From a virus: a stretch of 64,000 nt of DNA. The stretch is from positions 1 through 64,000 of IMG/VR virus record IMGVR_UViG_3300046459_000427. The stretch is one strand, 5' to 3'. A program made the position numbers and the translations under genes. Under the pieces are notes generated by a model that worked only from the letters and a program-made list of their open reading frames with translations, was not told the DNA's origin and searched no databases. Each line of letters opens with the position of its first letter. The stretch's first letter is position 1. Positions 27,308 to 36,705 of the stretch are shown in pieces.

Positions 27308-28984
27308 TCAGACGGTGGGGGCGTCGCCGTCGCAGCCGACGGCCAGCAGCAGGCCGCCCCACTGGCCAGCGGCCCAGCCGGGGCCGGAGACCCAGTCGGC
27401 ACCCTCGGCGTATGCCTGGCCCAGCAGGTCATAGCCGTCGGCGACGTTCATCCGCTCGACGTCGTCGCCGAGCCGGACCCAGACGAACAGCTCCCGCATG
27501 TGCGCGAAGAACTGGGATTCCGACCAGCCCCCGGGGCAGAACCTTGCCGCGATTCCGGCCGCGCCGCCCTCGTACATCCGCAGCGGATTCCGAACCGGCT
27601 CCGGCAGGGTCTCCGGCACGGAATCCGATCCGGCATCCTGCGGGGTCTCCTCGGCGATTTCCGGGGCGTCCTCGACGACGACGGCCACCGGGGCCGGGAC
27701 CTCCTCGACCGGGGCCACAGCGGGCACAGAAGCCTTCTTGCGGGGGGTGCTCTTCTTCTTCGGAGCGTCGATCTCATACGCCTTGGGCTCCGGCGCGGCG
27801 GCCTCGACCAAGGTGCAGCGGGTGAGGACAGTCGCCTTGACGCCCTTGTATTCGTCGTGCTCCTTGACGGTCCCCCGGAAGGTGACGCGCACGCCCGTGT
27901 TCTCGCCGAGCGCGTCGCTGGACGCGAACCACTTCACGATCACGCCGGACAGTTCGTCGCGGACCTGGTAGAGGGTGGTGGCGCCGTACAGGCCGTCGAT
28001 GTAGCGGATGGACTCGATAACGCCCGTGAAGGTGATACGCGAGCCCTTGATACCGGCGGCCTTGTCGGGCGCGGTGCCGATCCACTCGGAGGGCTGCTCC
28101 TCGCGCGCCTTGCGGATGAGGGTCTGCTCGTTGAAGCGGGCCCAGGCCTGCGGGGCGGAGACGAGGATGCCGAAGTTCCGCGACGAGGCGCGCTTGCCGC
28201 CCGCGATGGCCTTCAGGTTGATGACGTACTCAGACGTACCGCTGAAGTCGTCGGAGAGGATGAACGCGCGGATCTCGGCGGCCTTCGCCTTGGCCTCGGC
28301 AGCGAGCGGGCGCATGGCCTCAGCGAACTCGCGGTCCTGGCGGGCCTTGCCGGGGTTGATGGCGTTGCGCACGAGCTGCACGGTCGGGGTGGCGTGGTAG
28401 TCCTGGGAGCGGACGAAGCCGAAGGCCTTGATGCAGGCCCAGGCGTAGGCCAGGACGGTGTCCGTGGACACGTCGCGGTCCCCGCCGCCCATGCCGTAGA
28501 ACTCGCGCTCCTCGTCGTCGTCGGCCGGGGTGGAGGGCCACGAGATGCCGGTGTCCCAGCCGAGGAAGTCCTTGATGCACTGGCGGCCGATCTGCTTCTC
28601 CTCGCCGGTCTCCTCGTTCTTGACGAGGAAGGTCTCGCGGCGCATGCGGTTCTTCTGGCAGTGGTCGCACCAGCCCTCGCGCAGGCCGTCGCGGTCGACG
28701 GAGTGGACGCCCGGCGCGGTGCGGACGATCAGTCCGGCGTTCTCGTCCCAGTCCAGGGTGGCGAGGAAGGTCCAGCCGTTGTGCTTGGGGGCCTCGCCCG
28801 TGAACTCGACGTCGTACATGATCTCGACGACCTCGAAGCCCATGTCGTCCTTGCTCTTGACCTCGACCTCCGTGACCTTGAGGTCCAGGCGGCCGGTGAG
28901 GCCCTTCTTCGACGCGCGGGCGTTGATCTTCTCGATCTTCTCCAGCGTGTTGGTGAGCTGGAAGTGGTCGATGCGAGCGGACAC
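27308..28984 (-). CDS. conserved phage protein with Zn finger (CDHC...C) and probable C-terminal OB fold
   Basis: WCDHCQKNRMRR.TFLV...QIGRQCIKDFLG; VKWFAS...GTVKEHDEYKGVKATVLTRC. Confidence 0.65.
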   Translation of the reverse strand: MSARIDHFQLTNTLEKIEKINARASKKGLTGRLDLKVTEVEVKSKDDMGFEVVEIMYDVEFTGEAPKHNGWTFLATLDWDENAGLIVRTAPGVHSVDRDGLREGWCDHCQKNRMRRETFLVKNEETGEEKQIGRQCIKDFLGWDTGISWPSTPADDDEEREFYGMGGGDRDVSTDTVLAYAWACIKAFGFVRSQDYHATPTVQLVRNAINPGKARQDREFAEAMRPLAAEAKAKAAEIRAFILSDDFSGTSEYVINLKAIAGGKRASSRNFGILVSAPQAWARFNEQTLIRKAREEQPSEWIGTAPDKAAGIKGSRITFTGVIESIRYIDGLYGATTLYQVRDELSGVIVKWFASSDALGENTGVRVTFRGTVKEHDEYKGVKATVLTRCTLVEAAAPEPKAYEIDAPKKKSTPRKKASVPAVAPVEEVPAPVAVVVEDAPEIAEETPQDAGSDSVPETLPEPVRNPLRMYEGGAAGIAARFCPGGWSESQFFAHMRELFVWVRLGDDVERMNVADGYDLLGQAYAEGADWVSGPGWAAGQWGGLLLAVGCDGDAPTV

Positions 28985-29023
28985 GAGGGGCCTCCTGATG
29001 TGGAGCGGTTGTTGACGTGCACG

Positions 29024-29052
29024 ACCTTACGGAGATGCATACGGCTTGTCAA
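29024..29052 (-). promoter_or_regulatory. promoter TTGACA-N17-TAAGGT
   Basis: consensus match. Confidence 0.7.
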
Positions 29053-29151
29053 CCGCTTCCGCCCATCGGCTTTCCATGGTTCTATGGGCGGACACGAAAG
29101 GCCCCCACCGGCCAGCTCGACGCGGTGGGGGCCTTTTGCGTTGCCCGGGGC

Positions 29152-29622
29152 CTACTCGGCCCGGTAGAGGGTGCCTCGGATGTTGCGGCGCAGGAGGCGG
29201 TACAGGACGGACCAGCCGGTCTTCTTGTCCGGCGGGGCCGGGACGCCGTGGTCGGCTTCCCAGGCCGCCTGCACCCGCCGGATCAGGGCGTTCCACTGGT
29301 TGCGGTCGATGAGCGGTGCGCAGGTTCCGCAGGCCATCCAGTCGCCCTCGTAACCCTGCATCTTCCCGTTGACCGGGTTGCGGCCCGCCACGAAATCAGA
29401 CACGGGCAGAACCCATTTTTCCGACACGAGATCCTGGTTGCAGAAGTCGCAGCGTCCCAGGAATTTTCCGGTCTCGGCTTCCACGGGAATTGCCTTGTGG
29501 CCGGAGAGGGAATCCTGCTCGTGGTGCTCCCAGGTTTCCTCCAAGGTCCCCTTGGCGAGGTGCCGCTCCAGGGGGCGCTTGCAGACCTTGCAGACCTTGG
29601 GCGGGGTGCTGGGCTCTGTCAC
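29152..29622 (-). CDS. Zn-finger hypothetical protein
   Basis: CKVC, CDFC, WMACGTC. Confidence 0.6.
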   Translation of the reverse strand: MTEPSTPPKVCKVCKRPLERHLAKGTLEETWEHHEQDSLSGHKAIPVEAETGKFLGRCDFCNQDLVSEKWVLPVSDFVAGRNPVNGKMQGYEGDWMACGTCAPLIDRNQWNALIRRVQAAWEADHGVPAPPDKKTGWSVLYRLLRRNIRGTLYRAE

Positions 29623-30059
29623 TGGGCTACCTTCGGGGTGAGCAGGCGGAACTCGGTGCCGTCCTCGGCGGTGACCGGCTCGCCGTTGATTACGTCCCGA
29701 ATGAATCCGTGCTCGCCGCCCAGCTCGCCATAGCGCAGGCCCCGGCGCTGCATCTCGTCCGCCAGACCATCCCAGGCGGTCTCCCAGTCCTGGCCTCCGG
29801 TCTTGGCGGTCACCCACTCGCCGCCCTTTACGCGGTACTGGGCCACGAAGCCAGCGGGGGAAGGCGCCGCGTCCTCCAGCTTCTCGGCGAAGGTGATCTG
29901 GAATGCGCGGGTCGCCCCGGTTCCGGTGCCGTCGTCGACCGTGATGTCCAGGGCCCACGGGCCGGGACCGGAGAGGGGGTTGACGGCGTCGATGGACTTG
30001 ACGTCCTCGTTGCCTTGCAGGTGGTTGCTGACGAGCTGGCGGATGGTGAGGAGGTTCAT
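29619..30059 (-). CDS. hypothetical protein
   Basis: AAGGAG RBS; promoter TTGACA-N17-TAGGTT at 30102-30130. Confidence 0.6.
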   Translation of the reverse strand: MNLLTIRQLVSNHLQGNEDVKSIDAVNPLSGPGPWALDITVDDGTGTGATRAFQITFAEKLEDAAPSPAGFVAQYRVKGGEWVTAKTGGQDWETAWDGLADEMQRRGLRYGELGGEHGFIRDVINGEPVTAEDGTEFRLLTPKVAQ

Positions 30060-30370
30060 CGTTCGCTCCTTGTTAGGGCGGGGTGGTTGGTGACAAGGAC
30101 GAACCTAGTCACGGCGATGCTCATTGTCAAGCGCTATCTTGATCTCGCTTGACGTTGGTGTATTTCCGGCGCACCAGACGGACCGGCATGGGCTGCACGG
30201 CCATCACGCTCTGGCCGGGCTTGACGGCGACGATCTCGACGTCCGTAGCGGTGCGGCGCAGCTCGTCCGCGCGCTGGTCGGCGCTGGGCTTGTCGTAGCT
30301 CACGACGGACACGAACCGGCGGTCCTTAATGGTCCACAGGACCTTGTAGCTGATCACGGCAGGCTCCTGG

Positions 30371-31048
30371 TCAGGCGAGGATGTCGGCGAGGTACCGGGC
30401 CTGCTGCAAGGCGTCCTCAACGTCCCAGCCGTCGAAGTAGCGCTTGCCCAGGTAGAAGTCGGCGGCCTCGGCGGCGTCGTCCTCGCTCTTGAGGTTGGCG
30501 CGTACGTAGCCGACGACGATGCCGTGCGCACCGTCGATGACGCGGGCGCCGTAGGAGGCCTTTTCCGGGGATCCGGGGGTGCCGTAGTCCTTCCGCATGT
30601 GGCGGACGATCTCGACCCTGTCCCCGTCGGGCTCCCCGCTGGCGCGGACCGTGGTGAGGACCTCGCCCGCGTCGCCGGAAAGCTGGGACTCCTCGCCTTC
30701 CGCGTAACCGAACAGCTCCAGCATGCGAGGCAGGTCCTGGTACAGACCGTGCTGGAAGAGTGACCGGTTGTGCTCGCCCAGCTTGTAGTAGTTCCGGAGC
30801 GTGGCCAGCTCCTCCTTGCTCAGATCGCGGTGCCCGATCCGTTTCACTTCGGTGTTCACCGGCTGCTTACGCACCTTGCGGGTGAACGCGAAGCGTCCGT
30901 CCTGGCCGTTCTCCGACTTCGTGACGGCGGACGTCTTAGTCACGTTCACAACGATCTTGCGGTAGGTAACGCGGCCGATGACCTCGGTGACGATGTCACC
31001 TACTCGCAGGTCCTGGGCGAGGACCGTCTCGGGGTTGGTGAGAGGCAT
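30371..31048 (-). CDS. hypothetical protein
   Basis: AGGAG RBS, codon bias. Confidence 0.55.
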   Translation of the reverse strand: MPLTNPETVLAQDLRVGDIVTEVIGRVTYRKIVVNVTKTSAVTKSENGQDGRFAFTRKVRKQPVNTEVKRIGHRDLSKEELATLRNYYKLGEHNRSLFQHGLYQDLPRMLELFGYAEGEESQLSGDAGEVLTTVRASGEPDGDRVEIVRHMRKDYGTPGSPEKASYGARVIDGAHGIVVGYVRANLKSEDDAAEAADFYLGKRYFDGWDVEDALQQARYLADILA

Positions 31049-31061
31049 GATGCGCTCCTGA

Positions 31062-31304
31062 TCAGACGAGGGTGGTGGCGTTGGCGACGTGCGGGCAGCC
31101 CTGCGAAATGTAGTCCTGCCAACTGACAAGGTTGTTCCGCGTCGCCTGGATGCGGGTCATGACGAGCCGCTGCTTGCGTGCGGTCTTCTCTCCGCGCCAG
31201 CGGCGCTCCAGGGCGGCCAGCTCGCGCTTGCGCTGTGAGATCAGCTTGTCCGCTGCCGCCTGCCGGTCGGCGAGGAAGTGGGAACGGAACGGGCTGGCGG
31301 CCAT
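31062..31304 (-). CDS. small basic protein
   Basis: extended RBS; promoter TTGACA-N17-TAGCGT at 31342-31370. Confidence 0.6.
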   Translation of the reverse strand: MAASPFRSHFLADRQAAADKLISQRKRELAALERRWRGEKTARKQRLVMTRIQATRNNLVSWQDYISQGCPHVANATTLV

Positions 31305-31393
31305 CTGCGGCTCCTCCTGGTGTGGGGTGCTTGCAGGAGAAACGCTAAGGGGACCGCTTGGTGTTGTCAAGCGGTCCCCTGATATTGCTTGCG

Positions 31394-31744
31394 TCAGTTC
31401 CCGAGCAACCGGGCACGCGCCTCCAGCGCCCGCTGGAGCAGTGCGGCCTCGCCCTCGTCAATTTCCTGCACGCCGTGGATGATCTGCTCAAGTGGCGGGA
31501 CTGCCAGCCGGGTGACGTCCGGCAGACCGTCGGCCAGCTCCTTCACCGCACGCTCTTCGAGTGGGAGCCTCACGGAGAGCCCCACGTCGGCGACGGAGAT
31601 ATCGAAGGCCATCGAGTCGCTCAGGTAGACCGTGATGGTCCCCCCGGTGGACAGCACCTCGGTCAGTTCGTCCGTGGTCATCTCGATGTGCTCGAACTCT
31701 TCGTCATCCGTCTTCGTGCTGTCCATGCCCACGTCCCCCATCAC
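31394..31744 (-). CDS. acidic hypothetical protein
   Basis: coupled to the upstream gene. Confidence 0.5.
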   Translation of the reverse strand: MMGDVGMDSTKTDDEEFEHIEMTTDELTEVLSTGGTITVYLSDSMAFDISVADVGLSVRLPLEERAVKELADGLPDVTRLAVPPLEQIIHGVQEIDEGEAALLQRALEARARLLGN

Positions 31745-32073
31745 GCGCTTATCAGTTGCTCGGTCTCGTCCACCGTCTCGCTGACGGTGTCGAAGGCGGC
31801 CGTCCAGGCGGCGTTCACGGCCTCGTAAGGCAGCGGGTGGTCGGAGAGGTCGACGCCGGGCGGAACGGGGCCGTCAAGGGCGAACGTACCGTCCAGCGGA
31901 TCCCACTTCAGCCCGGCCGCCGCCAGCTCTGCGTTGAACCGCGCGGAGTGCTGGCGGGCCAGCTCGGCGACGAGGTTGACGGGGGCGGTGTCGTATCCGG
32001 CCTGGGTCTCCAGGAAGTCTTTCCACTCCTGCTGGAGGGTGGGAAGGTCGAAGCCGGGGAGCTGGTGGTTCAT
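31741..32073 (-). CDS. hypothetical protein
   Basis: CCCCACATCAGGAGG before ATG. Confidence 0.55.
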   Translation of the reverse strand: MNHQLPGFDLPTLQQEWKDFLETQAGYDTAPVNLVAELARQHSARFNAELAAAGLKWDPLDGTFALDGPVPPGVDLSDHPLPYEAVNAAWTAAFDTVSETVDETEQLISA

Positions 32074-32218
32074 GGTTACCTCCTGATGTGGGGTGCTGGT
32101 CATCGCTTATCGTCCGTGGGGCCCCAGTAGTGGCCCTTGTACACGTGGGCCGGGTAGCCACCCTGCTCGACCTTCTTGAGGTGGCCCTGGTAGGTGGTGG
32201 CCTTGCACTTACACACGG

Positions 32219-32617
32219 TCAGCTCTCCTCGTCCTCGATCAGCAGGATGATCTGGGTCTCGGTCAGGAAGCGCTTGGCGGCCTCCTGCGTGAGGTGCTGG
32301 TGGACGCCGTACAGGCCGGACTGCTGGGAGCGGTAGCTGAGCAGCCAGTCGGTCAGGCTCCTGCGCTGGTCCTCGATGCGGTCCAGGACCTTGTCGTCGT
32401 CGTACGAGCTGTCGCCGTTGGCGTCCAGGCCCAGCTTGTCGGAGTAGACGTTGGCGACGGCGCGCAGCTCCATGAACTTCTCGAAGTCCATCACTGAGTC
32501 GACGCGGTTGGCGCCGGTTTCCAGCTTCTGCCGAAGGCTGTCGGCGAAGCCGAGGTACGCGGTGTGCGCGTTCTTGGCGTACATGCGGACGCCTCGGATC
32601 GCCTGGGTCTTGTCCAT
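32219..32617 (-). CDS. hypothetical protein
   Basis: AGGAG RBS, codon bias. Confidence 0.55.
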   Translation of the reverse strand: MDKTQAIRGVRMYAKNAHTAYLGFADSLRQKLETGANRVDSVMDFEKFMELRAVANVYSDKLGLDANGDSSYDDDKVLDRIEDQRRSLTDWLLSYRSQQSGLYGVHQHLTQEAAKRFLTETQIILLIEDEES

Positions 32618-32834
32618 GGCCTACTCCTGGTCTCGTATGGCTGCGTGCTTGGCAGTCTTGCGTGTGCGCTGCTTGCGGGGGCGGGAATCGTGACCTCCGG
32701 CCGCTCCGCTGCGCCGACGTTCCTGCACGGCGCGGATGTGCTCGGGGTGCTGCTGGGCGTTCATGTGTGCCTCCTGGGCCGGTACGGGAGATACCAGGTT
32801 ATTGGTTCTCCCGTACCGCTTCCCAGTCCCGCTT

Positions 32835-33701
32835 CTAGCGGCGGCTGGCCCGCTTCTTGGCCTCGGCCAGGACCGTCTCGGTGTCCTTGCCCTCCTTGTG
32901 GGCGACGGCCTTGGCGACGTCGTCCAGGGACTCCTTGCGGTAGGAGGGGTGGGCGCCGCCCTTGTTCCAGTAGTAGTAGTCCGTGAGCCAGCCACGGGCC
33001 GCGTGCAGGGTCTCCAGCTTGTCGTAGGCGTCGTGGGCCGGGTGGACCTTGACGACCACGCCGTTGCGGACGACCTGGCGCTCGGGGTAGTGGCCGGTGA
33101 AGACCTTCAGCGGGGTGCCGTCGGGGTTGGTGATGGCCTTGGCGGCCTTCTTCGCCTCACGCTCGGCCTTCTTGGCTTCGCGCTCCAGGCGGGCAGCCTT
33201 GCGCTCCGGCGCCTCCAGGCGGGTCTTCTGCTTGAGGGTGTCGACCGGAGCCCACGGGAAGCAGACGGTGCACGCCTTCTCGCCCGCCAGCTCGACCAGC
33301 TCCTCGGCGCTCAGGCCGGACTGCTCGACCAGCCAGGCGTACTGGGTGGTGGGGAAGCAGGTGGCGCAGTGCGTGTCCTTGTGGACGTGACCATTGGTGT
33401 TGTCGACCAGGTAGTAGCGGGTCCAGCGACGGTCGTTGTACTGGGCTTCTCGGGGATAGACCTCGGACTGGAGGGTGTCCTGGACGCGCTCCTGGAGTGC
33501 CTCGATCTCGGCGACCAGCTTGGCGCGGCTCGCGGGCGAGTAGTCCGGGAGCATGGACCGGTAGGACCCGGGCTCGACCTCGTCGATGCGGACCACCGTG
33601 GCGGTGAGGCGGTGCTGCTGGCTGGTCAGGTCGGCGATCTTGCCGTACGCGGTGGCCAGCTCGGTGTCGATCTCGACCGGGGTGGCGGTGGTGAGGTCCA
33701 T
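32835..33701 (-). CDS. conserved actinophage protein (GHVH...CxxC...CTVCFP)
   Basis: Zn-binding motifs; promoter TTGACA-N17-TAGAGT at 33742-33770. Confidence 0.65.
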   Translation of the reverse strand: MDLTTATPVEIDTELATAYGKIADLTSQQHRLTATVVRIDEVEPGSYRSMLPDYSPASRAKLVAEIEALQERVQDTLQSEVYPREAQYNDRRWTRYYLVDNTNGHVHKDTHCATCFPTTQYAWLVEQSGLSAEELVELAGEKACTVCFPWAPVDTLKQKTRLEAPERKAARLEREAKKAEREAKKAAKAITNPDGTPLKVFTGHYPERQVVRNGVVVKVHPAHDAYDKLETLHAARGWLTDYYYWNKGGAHPSYRKESLDDVAKAVAHKEGKDTETVLAEAKKRASRR

Positions 33702-33756
33702 CGTGTTGCCTCCTGTTGTGGAGCGGTTGGTGACAGGTAGAACTCTACGGACAGGC

Positions 33757-34092
33757 CTAAGCCTTGTCAAGCGGAATCGGGTTACCGCTTGCGTCGATGT
33801 ACTGCTCGATCTCGTAGCCCATGTTCAGGCTGTTCAGACGCTTCGCGCCGATCGACTTCACTCGTAGTTCCAGGCGGGTGGTCCAGCCCGCTACCGCGTC
33901 CGGGGAGATCGGACCGACGTTGCACTGTCGCAGCCACAGGACGGGGTCGAAGCGGTCGCTCGTGCCGGTGAGGGCGTCGGCGATGTTGAAGGCGATGTTG
34001 CGGCGCGCGTTGAAGTCCTGGTCGTCGGAGTCAGCGATGGCGGCCGACAGGGTCTCGTAGTCGCTGCGGCTCATGTTGCGGGGCGCGGGCAT
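33757..34092 (-). CDS. hypothetical protein
   Basis: extended RBS; MSRSDYE.L...RFD...L..C. Confidence 0.55.
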   Translation of the reverse strand: MPAPRNMSRSDYETLSAAIADSDDQDFNARRNIAFNIADALTGTSDRFDPVLWLRQCNVGPISPDAVAGWTTRLELRVKSIGAKRLNSLNMGYEIEQYIDASGNPIPLDKA

Positions 34093-34195
34093 GGCGGGCT
34101 CCTCCTGGTGCGGGGATTGATGGTCGCGGGAAGCGTACGGGCCGCCCGGCTCAGGTGTCGAGTCGGGCGGCCCGTATGCGGGTGGTGCGCAAGGA

Positions 34196-35050
34196 TCATG
34201 CGGCGATGCGGGTGCGGCTGCCGCCGATGGCGCGCTGGGAGCCGAGCCGGGCGGACTGGGCGGCGCTGTCCCCGGCCTGGCGGGCGCTGGTGCTGTAGGT
34301 GGTGCTGCTGGCGCCCTTCCACGAGCCCCGGGCGGTGGATGCCTTCGAGTAGTAGTCGTTGATCTCCTGCTTCTTGTCCGCGAGGACCAGCGCGGCGGAG
34401 ACCTCGATCTCGTACTCGACGCCGTTGTCCTTGCCGACGGTGGGCAGGGTGTAGGTGTTCTTCTTGGCCTCCTCCAGGGCCTCCTGGCGGGCCGACCACA
34501 GGCGGGAGGAGATGCGACGGGTGAAGGCGTCGTAGAAGTTGGCGCGGGCGGTGCGGCCGTCCATGGGCTTGACGACGGTCTGGACGTCCCACTCCCCCCA
34601 GTAGGCGTCCCAGACGCGCTTCTTTCCTGTCACCTCTTCCTTCTTGTACTCGCCGGTCTTGAGCCACGCGTTGGCGGACTCGGTCATCTGGAAGAGCAGG
34701 GAGGCGTACAGGGCCTCGACCACCTCGATGTCGCTGGGCATCCCGAAGACGATGACGAAGGTGGAGTTCTGCGCGATGTTCACCTTGACGTCGTTGTTGT
34801 CGGCGACCGCGATGAACAGGTTGACGAGTCGCGCGTTGTTCAGCTTGCGCGCCTGGCCGATGGTGATCCGCTTGTGGGTCGGCTGCTCGCGCTGCTCCCT
34901 CTTGGCGGTGTGCTGGCGGGCAACGGCCAGGTCGATGCTGGTCAGGGTCGCCATGGCCTGCGCCTTGCGCATGTAGGCCTCGGCCTCCTCGGGGGTGGAG
35001 GCGTTCTCGGCCTTGTTGAGGATCTTGGCCAGCTTGTCGAGGGTGCTCAT
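34196..35050 (-). CDS. DUF2786 domain protein
   Basis: LDKLAKILNKAE.ASTPEEAEAYMRKAQ; promoter TTGACA-N17-TAGTGT at 35091-35119. Confidence 0.8.
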   Translation of the reverse strand: MSTLDKLAKILNKAENASTPEEAEAYMRKAQAMATLTSIDLAVARQHTAKREQREQPTHKRITIGQARKLNNARLVNLFIAVADNNDVKVNIAQNSTFVIVFGMPSDIEVVEALYASLLFQMTESANAWLKTGEYKKEEVTGKKRVWDAYWGEWDVQTVVKPMDGRTARANFYDAFTRRISSRLWSARQEALEEAKKNTYTLPTVGKDNGVEYEIEVSAALVLADKKQEINDYYSKASTARGSWKGASSTTYSTSARQAGDSAAQSARLGSQRAIGGSRTRIAA

Positions 35051-35136
35051 GTGGTGCTCCTCCTGGTGTGAGGCGGTTGGTGTGTGGTGAACACTACGGG
35101 GTCGGATATTGCCTGTCAAGCACTTTTCTCAAATGA

Positions 35137-35475
35137 CTAGCGGGGCTGTCCTCCGCTGGGGATGCTGACCACCCGCTTGCCCTGGCGATAGTCGAAGGTC
35201 TGCTCCTGGGCGCGGTCGGCGGCGAAGTCGTCGTAGAACTCCTGGACGGCCTGGATGGCCTCCGGCAGGGTGTCGAAGGGGCCGCCGGAGCGGGTGGTCA
35301 GCCGGGGCGCGTTGAGGTCGAAGTGCCAGCCGACGTCCTCGGCCGTGATGTCGTCCTCGGTGGGGTTCTCGACGATGGACTCCTCGCCTACGCGCCACAG
35401 GGAGCCGAAGCGGCCGAAGCGGTCGGTGATCAGGATGCTGTCGGGATCCTCGGTGGTCTTGAACGTGACGGTCAT
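35137..35475 (-). CDS. hypothetical protein
   Basis: GAGGA RBS, codon bias. Confidence 0.5.
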   Translation of the reverse strand: MTVTFKTTEDPDSILITDRFGRFGSLWRVGEESIVENPTEDDITAEDVGWHFDLNAPRLTTRSGGPFDTLPEAIQAVQEFYDDFAADRAQEQTFDYRQGKRVVSIPSGGQPR

Positions 35476-35484
35476 GCTGTCCTC

Positions 35485-36000
35485 TCAGACGGTGGCAAGG
35501 GCGCCGAAGCGGACGCCGTGCTGGGTGAAGGAGTCGGTGAGCAGCAGGCCGATCTCGGGGCCCATCACCTCGCGCACCATGTGCAGGAAGGTGCTGGCGA
35601 ACGCGGGGCCGTGGTGCTCTCCGTGGTTGGCCAGGTGGTGGCTCAGCTCGTGCAGGATGACGATCTCGCGCAGGGCCCAGCCGCTGCTGTTCTCGTGGTC
35701 GGGGATGGCGAAGGTGCGCGTCAGGGGCTCGTAGTGGGCGAACTTCCGTCCCGCCCGGCGCCGCACGTGGACCGGCAGGATGGTGCGCTCGGGCCACATG
35801 TCCTTGACCCAGTTGAGTTCGAGGACGGCGTCGATGTAGCGCTGGATGGACTCCAGGTCGCCGAACTTGCGCTCCAGGGGCATCAGCAGGCTGGAGCCGT
35901 AGAAGTCGAAGGTGGGCACGTCGGCCTGGGCGAGGGATGCGAGGACGTCGCGGACGAAGTACTCGGCGTCGTAGAGGCGCTGGCGTTGGTTGTCTCGCAT
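35485..36000 (-). CDS. TIGR04338-like zincin metallohydrolase
   Basis: RD.QR.RLYDAE, WALREIVILHELSHH...HGPAF. Confidence 0.8.
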   Translation of the reverse strand: MRDNQRQRLYDAEYFVRDVLASLAQADVPTFDFYGSSLLMPLERKFGDLESIQRYIDAVLELNWVKDMWPERTILPVHVRRRAGRKFAHYEPLTRTFAIPDHENSSGWALREIVILHELSHHLANHGEHHGPAFASTFLHMVREVMGPEIGLLLTDSFTQHGVRFGALATV

Positions 36001-36148
36001 GAGGTGCTCCTCCTGGTGTGGGGGCGAGTGGTGATGAGAGAAACAATACTCAGGAAGCGATAGTCGTCAAGCCGTATCGGGCAAGCAGTAAGCCGTGAGC
36101 TGCGTCACATGCGCGGCCCACGGCTTACCTGGTTGACTGGCTATGCAA

Positions 36149-36547
36149 TTACTTGCTAGATGTTGGCGTTTCCGTAACCGTTTCCTTCGGGCACGGAATC
36201 TTGACCTGCACGGAATGCGTGTGCTCAAGCCCGTATACGGGGGCGTACGGCGTGGCCGAAGACGTAGGTGCGGGTATTGCGGGGGAAGGCCCGACCACGA
36301 GCGATACCTTGCACGTGCCCGGGGATTTCGACTTCGTCGCTTTCGGCGTCGGCGCAGACAGATACCGGGTCACCGTGGGCACAGGCTGCGGAGTAGAATC
36401 CCCTTCAATCGCCGGAGAATCCGACTGGGAATTCTCGGTATGAAGCCCCGAGAAATCCGACTGGGGAACTACCGAGATCCCAATCGCGGGTACGGCGAGA
36501 ATTCCGATTGCCACAAGGGCGACTTTGATGCGCTGGAGTCCGTTCAT
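36149..36547 (-). CDS. secreted/membrane Ser/Pro/Thr-rich protein
   Basis: N-terminal hydrophobic helix. Confidence 0.5.
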   Translation of the reverse strand: MNGLQRIKVALVAIGILAVPAIGISVVPQSDFSGLHTENSQSDSPAIEGDSTPQPVPTVTRYLSAPTPKATKSKSPGTCKVSLVVGPSPAIPAPTSSATPYAPVYGLEHTHSVQVKIPCPKETVTETPTSSK

Positions 36548-36693
36548 ACCAGCACCGTACCGAAGCCCTCGCAGTGGACACAGTCGGCGCCTTCGCGGTC
36601 CTCACCGGACCCGTAGCACCGCTTGCAGTCGATCTCCTCTGCCGCGCCCTCGCCGGTTTCGGCGAAAGACACTGCATGCACGTGTGCGCTCAT
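36544..36693 (-). CDS. small DnaJ-type Zn-finger protein (not in the ORF track)
   Basis: my translation MSAHVHAV...CKRCYGSG...CVHCEGFG. Confidence 0.5.
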   Translation of the reverse strand: MSAHVHAVSFAETGEGAAEEIDCKRCYGSGEDREGADCVHCEGFGTVLV

Positions 36694-36705
36694 GAGAAGT
36701 ACTAA

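Noticed and set aside
36542-36550. Reverse-orientation near-match GGTATGAAC
   Set aside because: One mismatch, and explained by the ATG-AAC start of gene 36149-36547
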